This document shows positions 39,916-52,995 of a stretch of DNA of 64,000 nucleotides, piece after piece. Below the pieces are notes generated by a model. That model saw only the letters and a program-made list of their open reading frames with translations, was not told the origin of the DNA and made no database searches. Position 1 is the stretch's first letter. Each line of letters starts with the position of its first letter. Origin of the DNA: Octopus sinensis (taxonomy: Eukaryota); the NCBI RefSeq assembly GCF_006345805.1, contig NC_043006.1:99324001-99388000 (forward strand), given 5' to 3'. A program made the translations under genes and the position numbers.

Positions 39916-40867
39916 TTTCTACGACAATTATTTCCATTTCTACGACAAGACAATAGAATATTTGAAAAGGCATAAATTTACTTAAATTGGTACTTGTATG
40001 ATCATTTTAAATTATTATATTCCATAGAGTAAATAGAGTAAATATAATATTGCTTTAAACAAAACAAAGAAAACATCTTGTTTTGATACCATAGTCACCA
40101 TTCTAAATGGAAATAAAATGACCGCACAAAATATTTATTTTGCATTATCTAATACACATACGTTCTGCAACTGACTTAACAGCGATGTTGAAAAGATTAA
40201 AGTATACTAATGTATATATATAAGTCATGATAATCTTGTGTAACAATAGCGAACAGCTCAGTCGGAAACAAAATAGAAATAGAGATTGAAAATATATAAG
40301 TAATAAGGAATCATAAAATCTGATTGAATTACATCTCGGATATTTTGAAATATTATCTCGAAATGCAATCATATATCATCAATTTATATTGATCGATAAT
40401 GCTTTAACCACATATACGAATGCCATTCTGGATTAAGATACATTCAATTTGATCTATGTGATAATAGTGAAGAAACATCACATCTGAATCCATGAGAAAG
40501 AAAATCGAATATCTACTAAGAATATAGCCATGTTAAGTAGGGAATGTATTAGAAAAGCAATACGCGCATAATACTCTTTTCTGTCTATTGCTTTTGATAC
40601 GTTTTACTTACAATGGAATTAGTTATTCCTATCTGATGATCTACAAAAATGCCCTATGATATCAATATATCTCTTCGCCGTTATTGTTTTGCCCACGAAA
40701 ACTTTATTTTTAGCCGAATTGAGAATCCACACTGTTTAATTTGTTAACGTCCAATAACAAACATTCGAAACAAATAATTGGACAAATATCCCGCAGAGTA
40801 ACATTTCAGTTCACAGCAAAATAAACATTTTATTTTTTATTGAGTTTTGCGCTCTCACTGTCAAATA

Positions 40868-41262
40868 TCTTTATATATAAAAGTGAGGTTGTGTGCCGTC
40901 TGTCCCCTACGATTTAGATTCCTAACTACTCCCACATTTTGCGGTGCAGTTTAACCAAAACCGGGTATCTTATAGTCGTGATTCATATCGAGCCCTTCTG
41001 GGTATTAACGCGCGTCTAAGATGAGTCTACGATTAAAAAAAAAATTACCATTAATTTTTCCCAATTTTAATGCATTTTTGGCACATATAAGGGAAGTAAC
41101 TCTCTAAAAATGTATTATTAAATCTCAGAATGTAAAAAGCTACAGTAACAACCCCCCTTTGTGGTTAGCCATATTGAGATGGCTATTATACTTTACATCT
41201 CTAAAAATGCTTATATAGTTATTTCCCTTACAAACCCGAGCAACGCCGGGCGATACTGCTAG
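40868..41262 (+). mobile_element. Complete non-autonomous Helitron (395 bp)
   Basis: 5'-TC start, subterminal hairpin CCCGAGCAACGCCGGG (41235-41250), 3'-CTAG, inserted between A and T with no TSD. Confidence 0.9.
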
Positions 41263-42080
41263 TAATAAATATATTTATAAAAATGAATAATGTATGTCAT
41301 GTTGATCAAGGACATAATTCAACCATTTACATAATAACGTCTAATGTCACAAATAAGTGCAGTGTACTGCACTTACATGGCTTCTGAAAGGACAAGATAG
41401 GATGTTATCTACAGTAGAAATAGGTCTATAAGCGATTTCAAGAATAGTTATCATTGCCGCTAGAAAGTGAATGTTTCTATTCCCCGCTGTATGTTCAGAA
41501 CCTCGTAAATGCAACACTCCGTTATTACATATATCGTCTAGAATAACTGAAATAAAGATATGGAGAACAATTGTGGAGAAGGACAGATGGGAAATACTTG
41601 AAAATGGTATGTCTCGCTATCAGTAGCTGCATAATTGTGAATGGTATAACATTAGGCCACTGATGAATTACCAAACATGTATAAAAATGTTCTTCTCCAT
41701 CAGTATTACATAGGCCACGATTTCAAAGAAATCGCACAAAATGTTTATGGGAAACAAAGATATAGGATATGACATAAACGCAAGACTACCAAAGGAATAT
41801 TATTTAATTCACGTTATTTTTATGATAAATTGTAACTGCAGATCTATACTGAGAGTTAAACGATGACACATTTTTAGTACCGTGTTAATAATTTATTACC
41901 AAAGAAATAGCGCAGTAACTAAACATGAATGTACTGTAAGAAGTGCTTTCATTTTTATTTCTTGTTCCATGTTTTTGGCCTAAGTTCACCTTCTACCGAT
42001 ATTCACTTATTGCCGTAGGATTCCATCGGATGTAAAGTGCGATGATAAATACATTCATTTGTACGCCTTGGTCTGTTATA

Positions 42081-42190
42081 TATTGGGTTGACAACTAAGT
42101 TCCCGCCGTTTTTTCTTTCATTAAAATATTTTCAAAGATTTAATAAAAAATAACAACTAATTAATCAAAAATATATCCCCCCTAGTTTAA
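42081..42190. mobile_element. Mariner terminal fragment
   Basis: TA-TTGGGTTGACAACTAAGTT mariner-like TIR; no partner end found. Confidence 0.55.
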
Positions 42191-42199
42191 ATATCCTTC

Positions 42200-42680
42200 C
42201 GAACGTATAACAAGATTTTCAATACCTCTTTGGTAAAAATCACCCGATTTCGACTTGAAAAATTGATCCAATGAAACGTTGCAATCAGGGTTTTTTTCAG
42301 AGCTGGCTGTTTTTCCTCTCGATGATGTGATTGATGCATTCGAAGATGTTGTAGATGATGACGATCTTCCACAAGAATTTGTGTCCTACTTTGAATTATC
42401 CTAAGTATGATGCGTGTGAGGAAGTGCATTTACGCAACGAATAACTCCTCCATTGTTTTCCATTTATAGTAGCAAGGGCCGCTTTAGAACAGAACCAGAT
42501 ATACCGTGCACTAATAACCAATTACAGGGATATCACCACGCACTACAAAGTTATTTATCTTGCACGCATCCGAATATATGGAAATTAATTACTGCATTGA
42601 AAAAGGGAAAACACTTGGATGAGATCTGCGGGACCCCAAAATAGTATAACATTCGTTATTTATTGAAAATGTGCTCATAA
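42200..42680 (+). mobile_element. MULE (Mutator-like) transposase C-terminal fragment
   Basis: FEDVVDDDDLPQEFVSYFE...IPCTNNQLQGYHHALQSYLSCTHPNIWKLITALKK (RTNNxxEGWH...HPxIWKFI motif). Confidence 0.8.
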
Positions 42681-43730
42681 CGCCGAAATATTGAATACAA
42701 GGTAAGTCTATATTAATTCCTATATTTGTTTTCTTGTGACCTAACTTGCATTTACTTCGCATTGTTCTGACCTTGCCCAAGAACCTTTATACGTTATGTA
42801 TATATATATATTCGGCTTTATTGAATTTCGTCAGCCACTTGTATAGCATTTCAGTATGTTACGATTTATTAGTTCTGGACTATATATTTAGAATCTATCT
42901 GATTCTTATCAAAATATTTTGTACAGTCAAACCAGAATTATTCCTGCGTGAAACGCTCAACTCAATGCATATATTCTTAACTAGTTTCACATTAAAATCT
43001 CATAGAAAAGAAATCTTTCAAATACCTAATATTCACCAAGAAATGTAGACACATAATTATAATGTGAACAAATAAAAAAGAATATTGCAATGCATAATGC
43101 TCGAAACAACAGACATAACCAGATTAAGAGACAAAACCTGAATCTACAATGTATATAAAAAAATCTTCCTCATCAACGAAATCAAGAAATGTAATTACCA
43201 ACACTACTCCACAACCAAACTAACGCTAATCATTTAATGACTGGTTTAATTTACGCAAATCATTTTCTAGAAAAAACGAGAAAGCATATTTCGTGGCTGC
43301 TCGTTCAAGATATATGTACTTCAAATAAAATTGATATGAAACATTGTTATATACATAATTCACGCTCTACAAATAATTAAGACCTGTCAGATTGCGTGTG
43401 GAGTATCTTTGTCAGTTAATGACCCCCCGTTGAATTTCTATTGTCGGTCCTAGTCTGTTACCATTTATTGATAATCTGTATTTCCTCTCTCTGTAATTAG
43501 TAAAGACTGCAAAGAGTAGGTTAATGTTCTCTTCCTGTTGCTGTACACATGCAATCATACAATACAATTTCAATTAGCGTATGGAAACATTCGATTGTAT
43601 TAACGTCCATTTCACAAACATACACACGCGCGCACGCACATATGTATTTATGTGTGTCTAGTGTGTATATATATATATATATATATTTACACACTCACAC
43701 AAACACACGCATATTTGTTTATGTGTTTGA

Positions 43731-43801
<71 letters not shown>

Positions 43802-43965
43802 TATATATATATATATATATATATCGATAGGTGAATGAATTATCCTATGTTTACCGTCAACATGGAAAATTCGATGAACCGATACCAGGGTAACAAATTC
43901 ACGTCAGAAACACGGTAGAAGCGACCTGTCCAAGGGTAGAAAATCCGGGTTCATGTGCAGAAATG

Positions 43966-44167
43966 TGTGTGTTTGTCCCCCTAGCATTGCTTGACAACCT
44001 ATGCTGGTGTGTTTACGTCCCCGTCACCTAGTGGTTCGGCAAAAGAGACCGATAGAATAAGTACTGGGCTTACAAAGAATAAGTCCTGGGGTCGATTTGC
44101 TCGACTAAAGGCAGTGCTACAGCATGGCCGCAGTCAAATGACTGAAACAAGTAAAAGAGTAAAAGAG

Positions 44168-44168
<1 letters not shown>
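43966..44168 (+). mobile_element. 3' half of the CORE-like SINE
   Basis: Matches 49430-49634. Confidence 0.85.
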
Positions 44169-44199
<31 letters not shown>

Positions 44200-45072
44200 A
44201 TATATAGGGAAAAGGTTGCCCGACGTTCAATCATATAATAAGATATATATATATATATATATACATATATATACTTATATATATATGGGTTCAGGACGTT
44301 GCAAAGTTTAAATAACATGCAATACGAAGACACTGCTGGGTATGCGAACAGCGAGAGAAACATATGGAAAACGACTCAAGTAACATAAAGGAAGAGCCTT
44401 TATCAATTGTCGGCTGTCCATCTACTCTTCTGTTCGAGCAATTAACGACATTGTGAGGCTTCGAAAGTCAGTTGCTCGAGCGAAGAAAAATAAAATCTCG
44501 GAGTTTATAATAGACGCAAGACGTCATACAACACGTAGATGCGTGTGGCATCTATGTGTATGAGTGCCCTCTATATAATATAAATAAATAATTTTTTTTT
44601 TAAATTGATGTTTTTTTTTCTCTTATGAGGTTTTTCACGCTAACTACTTGATAAATTTTATCCTATTTTTAAATTGTACTTTTAACCGGAGTATATTCAA
44701 TAACGGATTTTTATTCCGAATAAACACATTGTACCGAAATGCAATTCGAAAAAGCCCGGCATGTACATAGATGTGTAAGGGGTAAATATTCCTACATGCT
44801 GCTTTGGATACGATAGCTGTTCGCTTGGTATGTTATTTTTGTTTATTCATTTTATATCTTGAATTATGCTTGCATAAAAGTGCATAAAACTGCACCAATT
44901 CCGAACTCACAGAGTGATATGCGGCTAAATTCTGTTTTATATGACCTGCCTCGAGAATTGGTTTTGATACGATGTGTTTATTTATTTTAGTACTTTTTAC
45001 TTTAAGAGTTCCTCTTAGCGTGTGGCATCTATGTGTAATATTGCCCTCTATATTATATATTCATATATATAT

Positions 45073-45145
<73 letters not shown>

Positions 45146-45709
45146 ATATAGGATAAAATTTTTCGAAAAAAAATTATCAATGGCCAGCATATCAAAAAGT
45201 ACCTTTAAACGTTAAATTTATAAATAACTTACAAAATAAGGGCCAAAGAAAAAATTCTAATGGCAAATATGCCGAAAATAGACAAATTGTCAATAACCAT
45301 TATAATTTATCTCTATTAACATGCGTCTCAAAACAAGCCGATAGAAATTTCTAAAAAATTCCGTATTGGTCCCAATTTCAGAGTTAATTCATAAGAATTT
45401 TCTTCTCCTCAGCGATAAATACGTAAGACATAAATTAAATACTTACTCATACCATTGATAATTTTTATGAATTAACACTGCAATTGAGACCAATAAACTG
45501 ATTTACTAGGCGGATTTTTCATCAGTGACCGCGCCATAACACTAACATATAATTAAGAGATGATTTACACGTGTCTTGGTTATACAGTATAATCTATCAA
45601 ATTCACCGCGCAAGCGGAGTTTCATACGGCACTAAATGATTAACTACCGAATTAATCTTGTAAAAACTGATAAATACATATACGTAAATTATATATAGGG
45701 TAGTGAGTG

Positions 45710-46335
45710 TTTTTAGAAATTTCACCAACCGTGGCATAGCATGTATAAAAAGTCAATAGACAACATATTCTCAATATAAAATAGTGTACATTTAAACATT
45801 TTGAGCTATCTTCAAAGGGAATGAAAAATTTAAACTTTTACCTTGTTATTTTATTCCAGTCAGACCTAGGTTTCTAAATTTATTTAGCAAATAAAGTAAT
45901 TTTAGGCGAATTTTTCATCGATGACCGCGCAATAACACTAACATATAAGTAAGAGACGATTAACACGTATCGCTTCGTTATACACTGTTGAAGGCTGTTT
46001 TCTCTTCTGTTTAATTGTACAGTTTTCTCATGTGTTATGCCGTGGTCACTGATGAAAAATTTGCCTACCAATTTATTTTATTTGCTAAAAAAATTTAGAA
46101 TCCTATGTCTGACAGAAATAAAATAACAAGGTAAACGATTTTTTTCTTTTTCATTTCTTTTGAAGATTGCTCTTAAATGAGGTTTTGGTCGTTTTGACTG
46201 CTTCTTCTAGCGTGTAAAACTGCCTGATGAGGGCGATTTTCTCTTGTATTTAAATGTACACTATTTTATATTGAGAATATGTTGTCTATTGACTTTTTAT
46301 ACATGCTAGGCCACTGGTAGTGAAATTTCTAAAAA
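45710..46335. mobile_element. Foldback/MITE-like element with ~220-bp inverted arms
   Basis: 45710-45928 is the reverse complement of 46042-46335, except for a ~60-bp extra segment in the right arm. Confidence 0.8.
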
Positions 46336-46929
46336 AAAAATGTACTACCCTATATGTCTTTTACGTATATATATATATACATATATATGTATATGCATAT
46401 ATATATATATATACATACACACATATATATGTATATGCACACATATATATATATATATATACATACGTATATATATATATATGTAAATGCATATATATAT
46501 ATATACATATATATATATATTCATATGTATATGTATATATATATAGAGAGAGATAGATATACGCATATATATATATATATATCTATATCTATATGTATGT
46601 ATTTATGTCTTTAAAGGTAAACAAAGAGTGGTTACCTAACTTGTTTGTTAGTTACTGGGCCAGGTTTGATTTCATTTGACAGATGAGACGATTGTAATTA
46701 CCGACTCTCATGGAATATTTGTAATGCAAACCAGTAACTAATGCGATGCCAGGTATATCAGAGGAAAAAAAGGGACCATGTAATTTTGTTATAATTGATA
46801 TGATGAATGACAGGCAAGTAAATAATCAAGCAAAGCAGCGGTGAAATTGTGATTTCACGTATAATAATGCATTCCACAGAATGTAACGTATTCGAAAAAT
46901 GCAATAAAATGTTAGTAATCTCAGGAAGA

Positions 46930-48050
46930 AATTTGAGAATGAACTTCAGTGTTTCTACAATACGTATGTAAATGTAAGATCAATATAAGCACTTCAACGA
47001 AAGCAAGGATCTTTTGATGCATCTGTAAATTCGTAAAATCACAGAATCTATCAAGGTTGTTTGCATTCACCGGAATATGTTTGGACGAAGTCTGACTTTT
47101 AAATATTCAGAGAAATAGATGTTATACATATATTTTATTGACTTGCCTGTGAAGATTGATATAAGAAATGCTTGGGGAGTAGCGTAGTTAATATTAGAAA
47201 CGTTTCCCCATTAGCGAACGAAATGTTATGTATAATACTTCATTATGAGTGTATAATACACGTTAGTAAAACTATGAATTGCTGCCTCTATTTTGATTAT
47301 AAGTACATAATTTGGTGACATAACAAGACTGATAGCGTATTATGTTAATGTGTAAAATTGGAAGTTAATAACCTAACATATCAGATCTGAAATATTGTTA
47401 AGAAATTTCTCCCAATATAACTAATTCTGCGAAGTGATATATATTCATCTGTTTAATTAAACGAGGTATTTTTAAAAATCGGATCATATGCAATTATACC
47501 AATGTCTATTTGATGATGTGTACAAATATATTTTCAATACTGCTTTTTTTTCCCCCAGTGCCAAACTTTTTACCTCGCTTTGCGTTTTAGTTTCTAAAAA
47601 GAGGAAGAGTTGTGGGGGTCTATATAAACATACATAGATGACAACACCTTGTCACTCTTTTTGTATCAGGCGAAAGTTTGGGAATATGCAATAGAACTGT
47701 CTATTTTCACTGTGTTTTAGTAAATAGCTGAAGTGTATTTATTTTAGAAATTGTATTATATGGCATAATTTTGATTATGTTAACTGTTAGCAATATCATT
47801 TACATACATATCCGTTTCAGAACAATAGGAAGAATAGATTTTGAAATTAGTACCCAATCTTTACTGAGAGAGATTGATCCATTATCAAAATTTAGTGTAG
47901 TTTACACTGTCAAGAATCTTTATCAAATATCTTTAATAGTCATCAGCACGAGAAGCAAGATGATCACAATGAAGAATACACTTTGGAGATTATGTGAAGA
48001 GAAATACACGAAACATGGTAACGATATAAATGATGCCAGTTAAGTAAAGT
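46930..48050 (+). pseudogene. Possible decayed class-B (adhesion/Methuselah-like) GPCR
   Basis: 47223: MLCIILHYECIIHVSKTMNCC (TM3-like xxLHY...MxxC). 47828-47995: FSVVYTVKNL and KMITMKNTLWRL (TM5/TM6-like, with W at the LxGxTW position). By-eye motif matching only. Confidence 0.4.
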
Positions 48051-48756
48051 AAATGTAATGGAAATTTACAGTAATGGCGATATCGTTGAAAGCAATAACT
48101 TTTCAAATTACGGTAAACAAGATTATTCAGAGAAATGATTAAATAGTATTTCAATATTTTTTCGTAGTTTTTTTTTCTTTATTTCACTATTATAGTGTGC
48201 TGCGACATTATCATGTTGATTTGATAAAATATCGTATTGATTTGTCATAAATTAAATCTATTATTTTCTCTCGGTCAACTCTCATGCTATATATATGAGT
48301 GAATTACTGAGCTATGTAATTTATATCCGAATTTATTTAGAATGTATTTATAGACATTGTAAAATCATTGTAAAATCATATATATATATATTTCCTCCGG
48401 TAATGTTTTGGACGTGTAAGGTTATTCACCATCTCCGTGTTAATACATTTATTATTGATGGAACAAATAGTTAAAGCTATCAAGAGATAAACATATAAGA
48501 AATACTTATGAAGTGCTTATTAGCAGAATCGCTTTCAAAATATCCTACAACTTTGATATCCACATACGAACCAAATATCCTTTTTCCCAAGCTATGCTAA
48601 AATAGCTATGATCATCAGTAGATAAAGGGAGTTGAATATGGATTGCAGTAAGCGAAAACAAAAAGAAAAGAAATGTAAATACTTATAAAGTGATATATAT
48701 TTTACTACGACTAATTCGTGTGAGTTTGTTTGGAATGTTTTGTAAGTTTAAAGCAG

Positions 48757-48930
48757 CGATGTAGCGGAATCTTTACCGCGCCAGGAAAGTATCCTCGGCG
48801 CATTTTTTCTGAGTTCCGTTCTGACTTGAAATGCCGCCTATGTCAACTTTGCCTTTGATCCATTCTCGATCAATAAAATAAGTATCAGTTGAATAATGGA
48901 GACGATGTTATCGACTTACACCTTTCCAGA
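48757..48930 (+). mobile_element. Highly degenerate SINE
   Basis: GTCAACTTTGCCTTTGATCC...ATAAAATAAGTATCAGTTG body. Confidence 0.6.
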
Positions 48931-49180
48931 AATTACTGACATTCTGCTAAAATTTTAAGCCAATATTTTGCAATTTTCTTTTTGTTAGAATATTTTCAAG
49001 AAGAAGGTGGGATTTAACAAAGAAACAAAAGCTCCAATAGAGGAATTGGGGTAACAACAAACTTAACAGCTACATTTTGAATTATAAAAAAAAACATGCA
49101 TAATATTACTATTCTAGTTCTTGGATTGTATCTCTAATGTGAAACTTTTTGGGGATGTGCGTATATATATACATATATAC

Positions 49181-49211
<31 letters not shown>

Positions 49212-49222
49212 CATATATATAT

Positions 49223-49386
49223 AGGCGAAGGAGTGGCTGTGTGGTAAGTAGCTTGCTAACCAACCACACGGTTCCGGGTTCAGTCCCACTGCGTGGTATC
49301 TTGGGCAAGTGTCTTCTGCTATAGCCCCGGGCTGACCAATGCCTTGTGAGTGGATTTGGTAGACAGAAACTGAAAGAAGCCTGTCG

Positions 49387-49417
<31 letters not shown>

Positions 49418-49634
49418 TTGTGTGTTTGTGTTTGTCCCCCTAGCATTGCTTGACAACCGATGCTGGTGTGTTTACGTCCCCGTCACTTAGCGGTTCGGTA
49501 AAAGAGACAGATAGAATAAGTACTGGGCTTACAAAGAATAAGTTCGGGGGTCGATTTGCTCGACTAAAGTCGGTGCTCCAGCATAGCCGCAGTCAAATTA
49601 CTGAAACAAGTAAAAGAGTAAAGAGTAAAAGAGT
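49223..49634 (+). mobile_element. Full-length CORE-like SINE with (AAAGAGT)n tail
   Basis: A-box-like TGGCTGTGTGG, B-box-like GGTTCAGTCCC, CCTTGGGCAAG-like CORE segment, internal TA/TG repeat. Confidence 0.9.
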
Positions 49635-49655
49635 ATATATAATATATATATATGT

Positions 49656-50022
49656 GTGGAGGCGCAATGGCCCAGTGGTTAGGGCAGCGGACTCGCGGTC
49701 ATAGGATCGCGGTTTCGATTCCCAGACCGGACATTGTGAGTGTTTATTGAGCGAAAACACCTAAAGCTCCACGAGGCTCCGGCAAGGGATGGTGATGATC
49801 CCTGCTGTACTCTTTCACCACAACTTTCTCTCACTCTTACTTCGTGTTTCTGTTGTACCTGTATTTCAAAGGGCCGGCCTTGTCACTCTCTGTGTCACGC
49901 TGAATATCCCCGAGAACTACGTTAAGGGTACACGTGTCTGTGGAGTGCTCAGCCACGTACATGTTAATTTCACGAGCGGGCTGTTCCGTTGATTCGGATC
50001 AACCGGAACCCTCGTCGTCGTA
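49656..50022 (+). mobile_element. tRNA-Arg-derived SINE inserted next to the previous SINE's tail
   Basis: Close match to the reverse complement of 16441-16826, lacking the last ~20 nt. Confidence 0.9.
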
Positions 50023-50493
50023 TATATATGCGTGTATAAGCACGATAGATTTTTCACAGACTCTGCCTGGTCAATTCGTTTCCAAACTATCGATCAACAC
50101 TTGAGAACAATATTTCTGAACCTGATACTGCGCATTATTAGCATCATTCTTTCTTTCTTTCTTCCATTTTTTTCTTTTCTACTACATTGCCTCACAACAT
50201 GCTTAGACGTTGTTGTTTAATTAAATATATATATATATATAAACAGCATTTGTTTTTGTCACTGTTTATTATTACTGAAGCCTAGGTTGTGAAGCTATGT
50301 CACGAAAGGGATCTGTGCGTGTTTGTTTGAGTGCGTTCATTCGCTTTGGTGTTTATCTGCGACTTGAATTGTATTTCTCATAAAATGTCAGCGTATGATT
50401 TAAAAGCTACGTAGGTTATTTTTTTCTATTACTGGATAGATCCCATAAACATCTCTCTCTCTCCATTGAAATATTTGAGTAAGGAATCAAGTT

Positions 50494-51049
50494 TTGAGTG
50501 GAAATAGTATACAAGTTATGAAATATTTGGTTTCCCATCAGTTCAATAGTAAATTTAACAATATTTTCTCCACATTGTTCAAAAATATTACTCTACGTGT
50601 AGTTATGAGATATAGCTTGTCCATAGTTTTATTAATATCAAAACTCGAAGAAGACATAAATCTTTACAGTCTTTCGTCATATTTCTTCTAGATGCAGTTA
50701 ACAATTTAGTATTGTTTCCACAGAATGCTTTATATTCAGTTTGGTTTTTATGTTAATGAAGACATTTTTTATTCCTGTTTTATGATATTGGCACTTGACT
50801 ATATGAGGTATAAATTGCCTCAGCATACACGCACAAGAAACATGATATATGAGCATAATGTGTACGATAAAATTATATCTCACAGGGATTATTAACCTTG
50901 AAATATTATTCATAGAATATGTATTACTGAAGAAAGTAATAAATATACATAATATCATGCGTTCGGTTAATAATATTTTATCTTTTGAAGTATCGATTAC
51001 CGCAGAAATTGAATTATACTATACTCTTTGCAATAACTTGTGGAGATAA
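50494..51049 (+). pseudogene. Possible decayed class-B GPCR 7TM segment
   Basis: One frame runs 50494-50895 with only two internal stops, then a shifted frame continues to 51049. The last 54 aa align without gaps to 47828-47989 (11/54 identical, including N.LWR). Confidence 0.4.
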
Positions 51050-51245
51050 CCTACCCAATATGGAAATGCGAGATCACTAACTGGTATTAACACAACAATT
51101 TTGTAGTAAAACTGTATTTTGACGTCAATAACATCACTGTCTGTTGAAGATATGACAGCTCTTTTGCTACAATAAATCGGTAAATTATGTCTTTACACAC
51201 TCACACACACATATGTTTGTATGTATGTGTGTATATATATATATA

Positions 51246-51403
51246 CAGCGTGACTGTGTAATAAGAAGCCTGCCTCCCAATCGTATGGTTCCGGGTCCAA
51301 TCTCACTGCTTGATGACTTGGGTTATTTTCTTTTACTATAGGGTCAATGCTAGCAAAGCCTAGTGAGTCAATTTGGCAGACGAGCACTGAAAAGAATCCC
51401 GGC

Positions 51404-51438
<35 letters not shown>

Positions 51439-51514
51439 ATATATATATATATATCTATATATATATATAATATATATATACATATACACACACATATATA
51501 TATATATATATTAT

Positions 51515-51578
<64 letters not shown>

Positions 51579-51789
51579 AAGGGAAGCTTTATGAAAATAA
51601 ACAAAAGACGAAGGCAGGTGGAATACAAACATACAATTGTATTAGTATGGCGCTCAGGAATATAAATAAAACAAATCTTTTACGTTTCGAGCCTACGCTC
51701 TTCAACAGAAAGATACACAGAAAAGAAACACGGAGAGAAACAAGTAGAGAAAAAATGGAGAGAAAAAAATGCGTGCAGAAGCTAGTGAA

Positions 51790-51846
<57 letters not shown>

Positions 51847-51922
51847 AGAGAGAGAGAGAGAGAAAGAGAGATCGATATATAGATAGATAGATAGATCGAT
51901 ATATAGATAGATATATATATAT

Positions 51923-51995
<73 letters not shown>

Positions 51996-52212
51996 CAGAC
52001 AGATATGTGTGTGTGTGTGTTTCTCCCCCAACATCACTTGACAACCGATGTTTAGTGTGTTTCGTCCCTGTAACTTAGCCGGTCAACAAAAGAGACCAAT
52101 GTAATAAGTGCCGGGCTTACAAAGAATAAGTCATTGTGTCGGGTAGTTCGCCTAAAATGTAGTACTCCAGCATGGCTGCAGTGAAATAACTCAAACAAGA
52201 ATAAGAATAAAA
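51246..52212 (+). mobile_element. Diverged CORE-like SINE split at its internal microsatellite
   Basis: 5' half at 51246-51405, 3' half at ~52010-52212; between them are TA/GA/GATA runs and a 210-bp foreign block. Confidence 0.75.
51675..51714 (-). ncRNA. Variant minimal hammerhead ribozyme (40 nt)
   Basis: Minus strand AUCUUU-CUGUUGA-A-GAGC(GUAG)GCUC-GAAA-C-GUA-AAAGAU: perfect 6-bp stem I, 4-bp stem II, loopless stem III; core has A6->U plus an extra A. Confidence 0.6.
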
Positions 52213-52439
52213 GCATATATACATATATATGATCTCCTTTCTTTTTTTTTATTTCAGATTCTTCAGTTAACAGTATCTGAATGAAAATAGCCCACCTAGG
52301 CATATAAATGCGAAAGTGAAGGGTAATGATAATTATTACGCATACATTGAGTATATATTTAACAGAAAACCAGTAAAATATTATAGTATTTATAAATATA
52401 ATGAATTATTTAGCCACATGAACGTCAAGGAAGAAACGA

Positions 52440-52995
52440 TCAAATTGTAGCACCTCCAAGACTCTGACAGCTAGAGATTACAAGTATATTGGCTGCAATT
52501 CACGTGGGAAACATGGATGGACAAGCAGTGCCAATTTTACTGCGTCCGGACTTACTCATGTACCGAAAACCACCAGAAATCGCGTTAGTCATAAGTTGTT
52601 TTGTTCATTGACGAAACCAGGGTCATTCTTGGACCATGACTTCTGCGCAAGAACCCCAGAAACTGCCTCCAGGCAGGTGTTTGAAGCTTCAATGACCCCC
52701 AAATGTATATGACGTTAGTCATGAGTTGTGTTTTGTTCATTGACGAAACCAGTGTCACTCTTGACGTGCCTGACGGTTGAGCAAATACTGGGGTCTATTT
52801 TTGAGATGAGCGTCAGCAACTTCTACAACGTCAAGAAAAGTGTGGAGGAGTAATGTTGCGAGATCTTGGATCCCTGGCTAGATGACATATTGCTGTCACT
52901 TCTAAGCAATCTCGTATTCATGCATGACAACGTCCCCTTCCACTCTGCTAGGATCACCCAAACATTACTAGGGTTTTACGGCATACAAGGTGTAT
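52440..52995 (+). mobile_element. Rearranged Tc1-like transposase fragment
   Basis: VLFIDETSVTLDVPDG...GGVM...LDPWLDD...VFMHDNVPFHSA; a ~40-bp segment is duplicated at 52581-52620 and 52710-52751. Confidence 0.8.

Noticed and set aside
46222-46240. CTGATGAG motif in the foldback's right arm
   Set aside because: No stem II partner or GAAA downstream.
49656-49735. tRNA-Arg-like sequence (also 16750-16826)
   Set aside because: It runs into a SINE body, and the other copy has TSDs; no proper acceptor stem, so not a tRNA gene.
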